A DNA stretch of 64,000 nucleotides, taken from Mustelus asterias (Eukaryota). The DNA lies in the NCBI RefSeq assembly GCF_964213995.1, contig NC_135830.1, positions 6,262,001 through 6,326,000 of the forward strand, written 5' to 3'. Within the stretch, counting starts at the first letter, position 1; each line of letters opens with the position of its first letter. This document shows, piece by piece, positions 62,290-64,000 of the stretch. The notes below the pieces were generated by a model. That model searched no databases, had not been told where the DNA came from, and was given only the letters and a program-made list of their open reading frames with translations. The translations under genes and the position numbers were made by a program.

Positions 62290-63000
62290 CTGAAGGAGAG
62301 CATCTATCTTCACTTGGAGAGGCAAAGCTTGATCAGGGATAGTCAGCATGGCTTTGTCAGAGGGAGGTCATGCCAAACAAATTTGATTGAATTTTTTAAG
62401 GAGGTGACTAGGTGTGTGGATGAGGGTAGTGCAGTCAATGTAGTTTATATGGATTTCACCAAAGCTTTTGACAAGGTCTCACATGGGAGACGTGTAAAGA
62501 AGATAAATTCACATGGGATACAGGGTAATTTGATAAAGTGGATTCAAAATTGACTCAGTTGTAGGAGGCAGAGAGTGAAGCTACTTTAATGATTGGAAGC
62601 TAGTGTCCAGTGGTGTACCACAGGGAGCTGTGTTGGGCCCCCTATTATTCGTCATTATTATAAATGACATTGATAACCAAGTGGGGGGTAGGATTAGTAA
62701 GTTTGCGGATGACACAAAGAACCAACGGGTGGTTAACAGTGAGGCAGAATGTGTTGGTCTACGAGAAGATACGAGACAGAATGGTCAAATGGACAGATAA
62801 GTGGCAGATGAAATTTAACTCTGAAAAGTGTGAGGTGATACACTTTGGAAGTAATTTGACAAGAAAGTACTCAATGAATGATGGAACACTCGGAAGTTCT
62901 GTGGAAAAAAGGGATCTTGACGTGTTTGTCCATAGATCTCTAGAGACGCAAGGACATGTTAGTAGGGTGGTGAAAAAGGTATATGGAATACTTTTTCTGA
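62290..63000 (+). mobile_element. CR1 RT fragment
   Basis: QHGFVRGRSC, DFTKAFDKV, GVPQGAVLGP, KFADDTK. Confidence 0.9.
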
Positions 63001-63574
63001 ATTCTAAACGACACCTGGGTGTCAAGATAACCTTGTTTTCACTGCTTGGCATGGCAATGCTGACTCCCTTTACCGGGGATGGAGTGTGGGATGGCAATTG
63101 TTTGAGAGTTTGACGTGGCTTGAATGGATACAGATGGTTCAAAGACATATTTTATAATTGGTCTGTTCAAATGTTAGCTCGGCAATGACTGAGTTAAATC
63201 AATCTCCATAGTCTTTGTGATGTGAAAAAGTATAAGAAGGGATTCCCCGAGCACAGAGATTTGTCGAGGTTTTACATATTGCATTGACTGGTGCCATGGC
63301 ATCTGGGGCAGAGCAGTGTGTCATTGACACAAGAAGCAAGACAGGCAGAAAGGTTCCTGAAGCTCAGATGGAAACTTGAAACTTGTGGCTCCAAACAAAC
63401 ACTTCAACATTTGTCAGTCAGATACATGTTATTTAGACTGGGGTTTTATTATCAAACTTTGTGACTGCAGATAAAGGGAGGGGGCTTTAAATGGGTAAAC
63501 GCTGAGAAAATTGCAGAGCTATGGGATTAATCGGATAGCTGGCATAAGCACGATGGATCAAATGACCTCCTGCT

Positions 63575-64000
63575 TTTGGCACAGTGGTTAGCACTGCTGA
63601 CTCACACTGCCAGTTCAATTCTGGCCTTTGGTGACTGTGTGGAGTTTGTATGTTATGCTCCTGCCTGCATTGGTTTCCTCTGGGACCAGTTAGACCCCAA
63701 CTTGAGTCGTGAGTCCATTTCTGATCACCACACTTTAGGAAGTGAGGGCCCTTGAGAAGGTGCAGAGGAGATTTACCAGAATAATACCAGGGATGAGGGG
63801 TTTTAACAACAATGTTAGGCTGGAGAAACTGGGGTTGTTCTCCTTGGAGCAAAGTAGATTGAGGGGAGATTTGATGAAGGTGTACACATTTATAACAGGT
63901 TTTAGAAGATAGATAAAGAAAAGCTGTTCTGATCAGCTGATTTACAAAGGATCTTCGGACACAGTTTTAAGATTTTGAGCAAGATCTACAGAGGAGGTTG
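63575..64000 (+). mobile_element. HE1 head fragment followed by a CR1 3' fragment
   Basis: GGCACAGTGGTTAGCACTGCT, then LEKVQRRFTR and RLRGDL coding. Confidence 0.7.

Overview
This is vertebrate nuclear DNA, almost certainly from a shark or other elasmobranch (HE1-type V-SINEs, HER1-like CR1 LINEs, a Deu-type SINE). The window is part of a tandem C2H2 zinc-finger (ZNF) gene cluster whose genes have no recognisable KRAB/SCAN domain. Two ZNF ORFs are intact, one is open but has no leading ATG, and four loci are disrupted. Several genes sit head-to-head on a paralogous CpG-rich promoter/exon-1 module. The rest is mostly repeats: CR1, Rex1-like, Penelope and Tx1 retrotransposons, an ERV env+LTR remnant, SINEs and two minisatellites. 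Best candidate for an undescribed system: a Tx1-clade non-LTR retrotransposon that appears to insert sequence-specifically at the exon-1 splice donor of these ZNF genes (target CCAACATCT-GTGAGT-AACACACTTT). It appears as tandem insertions at two paralogous loci, and its target duplication regenerates the donor. Also notable: a U_UUA_AAC -1 frameshift signal held in phase at three CR1 ORF1/ORF2 junctions, Penelope hammerhead ribozymes including fold-back pairs, tRNA relics, and a minisatellite built from a promoter motif. All calls are by eye. Boundaries are approximate and family names are not database-verified.
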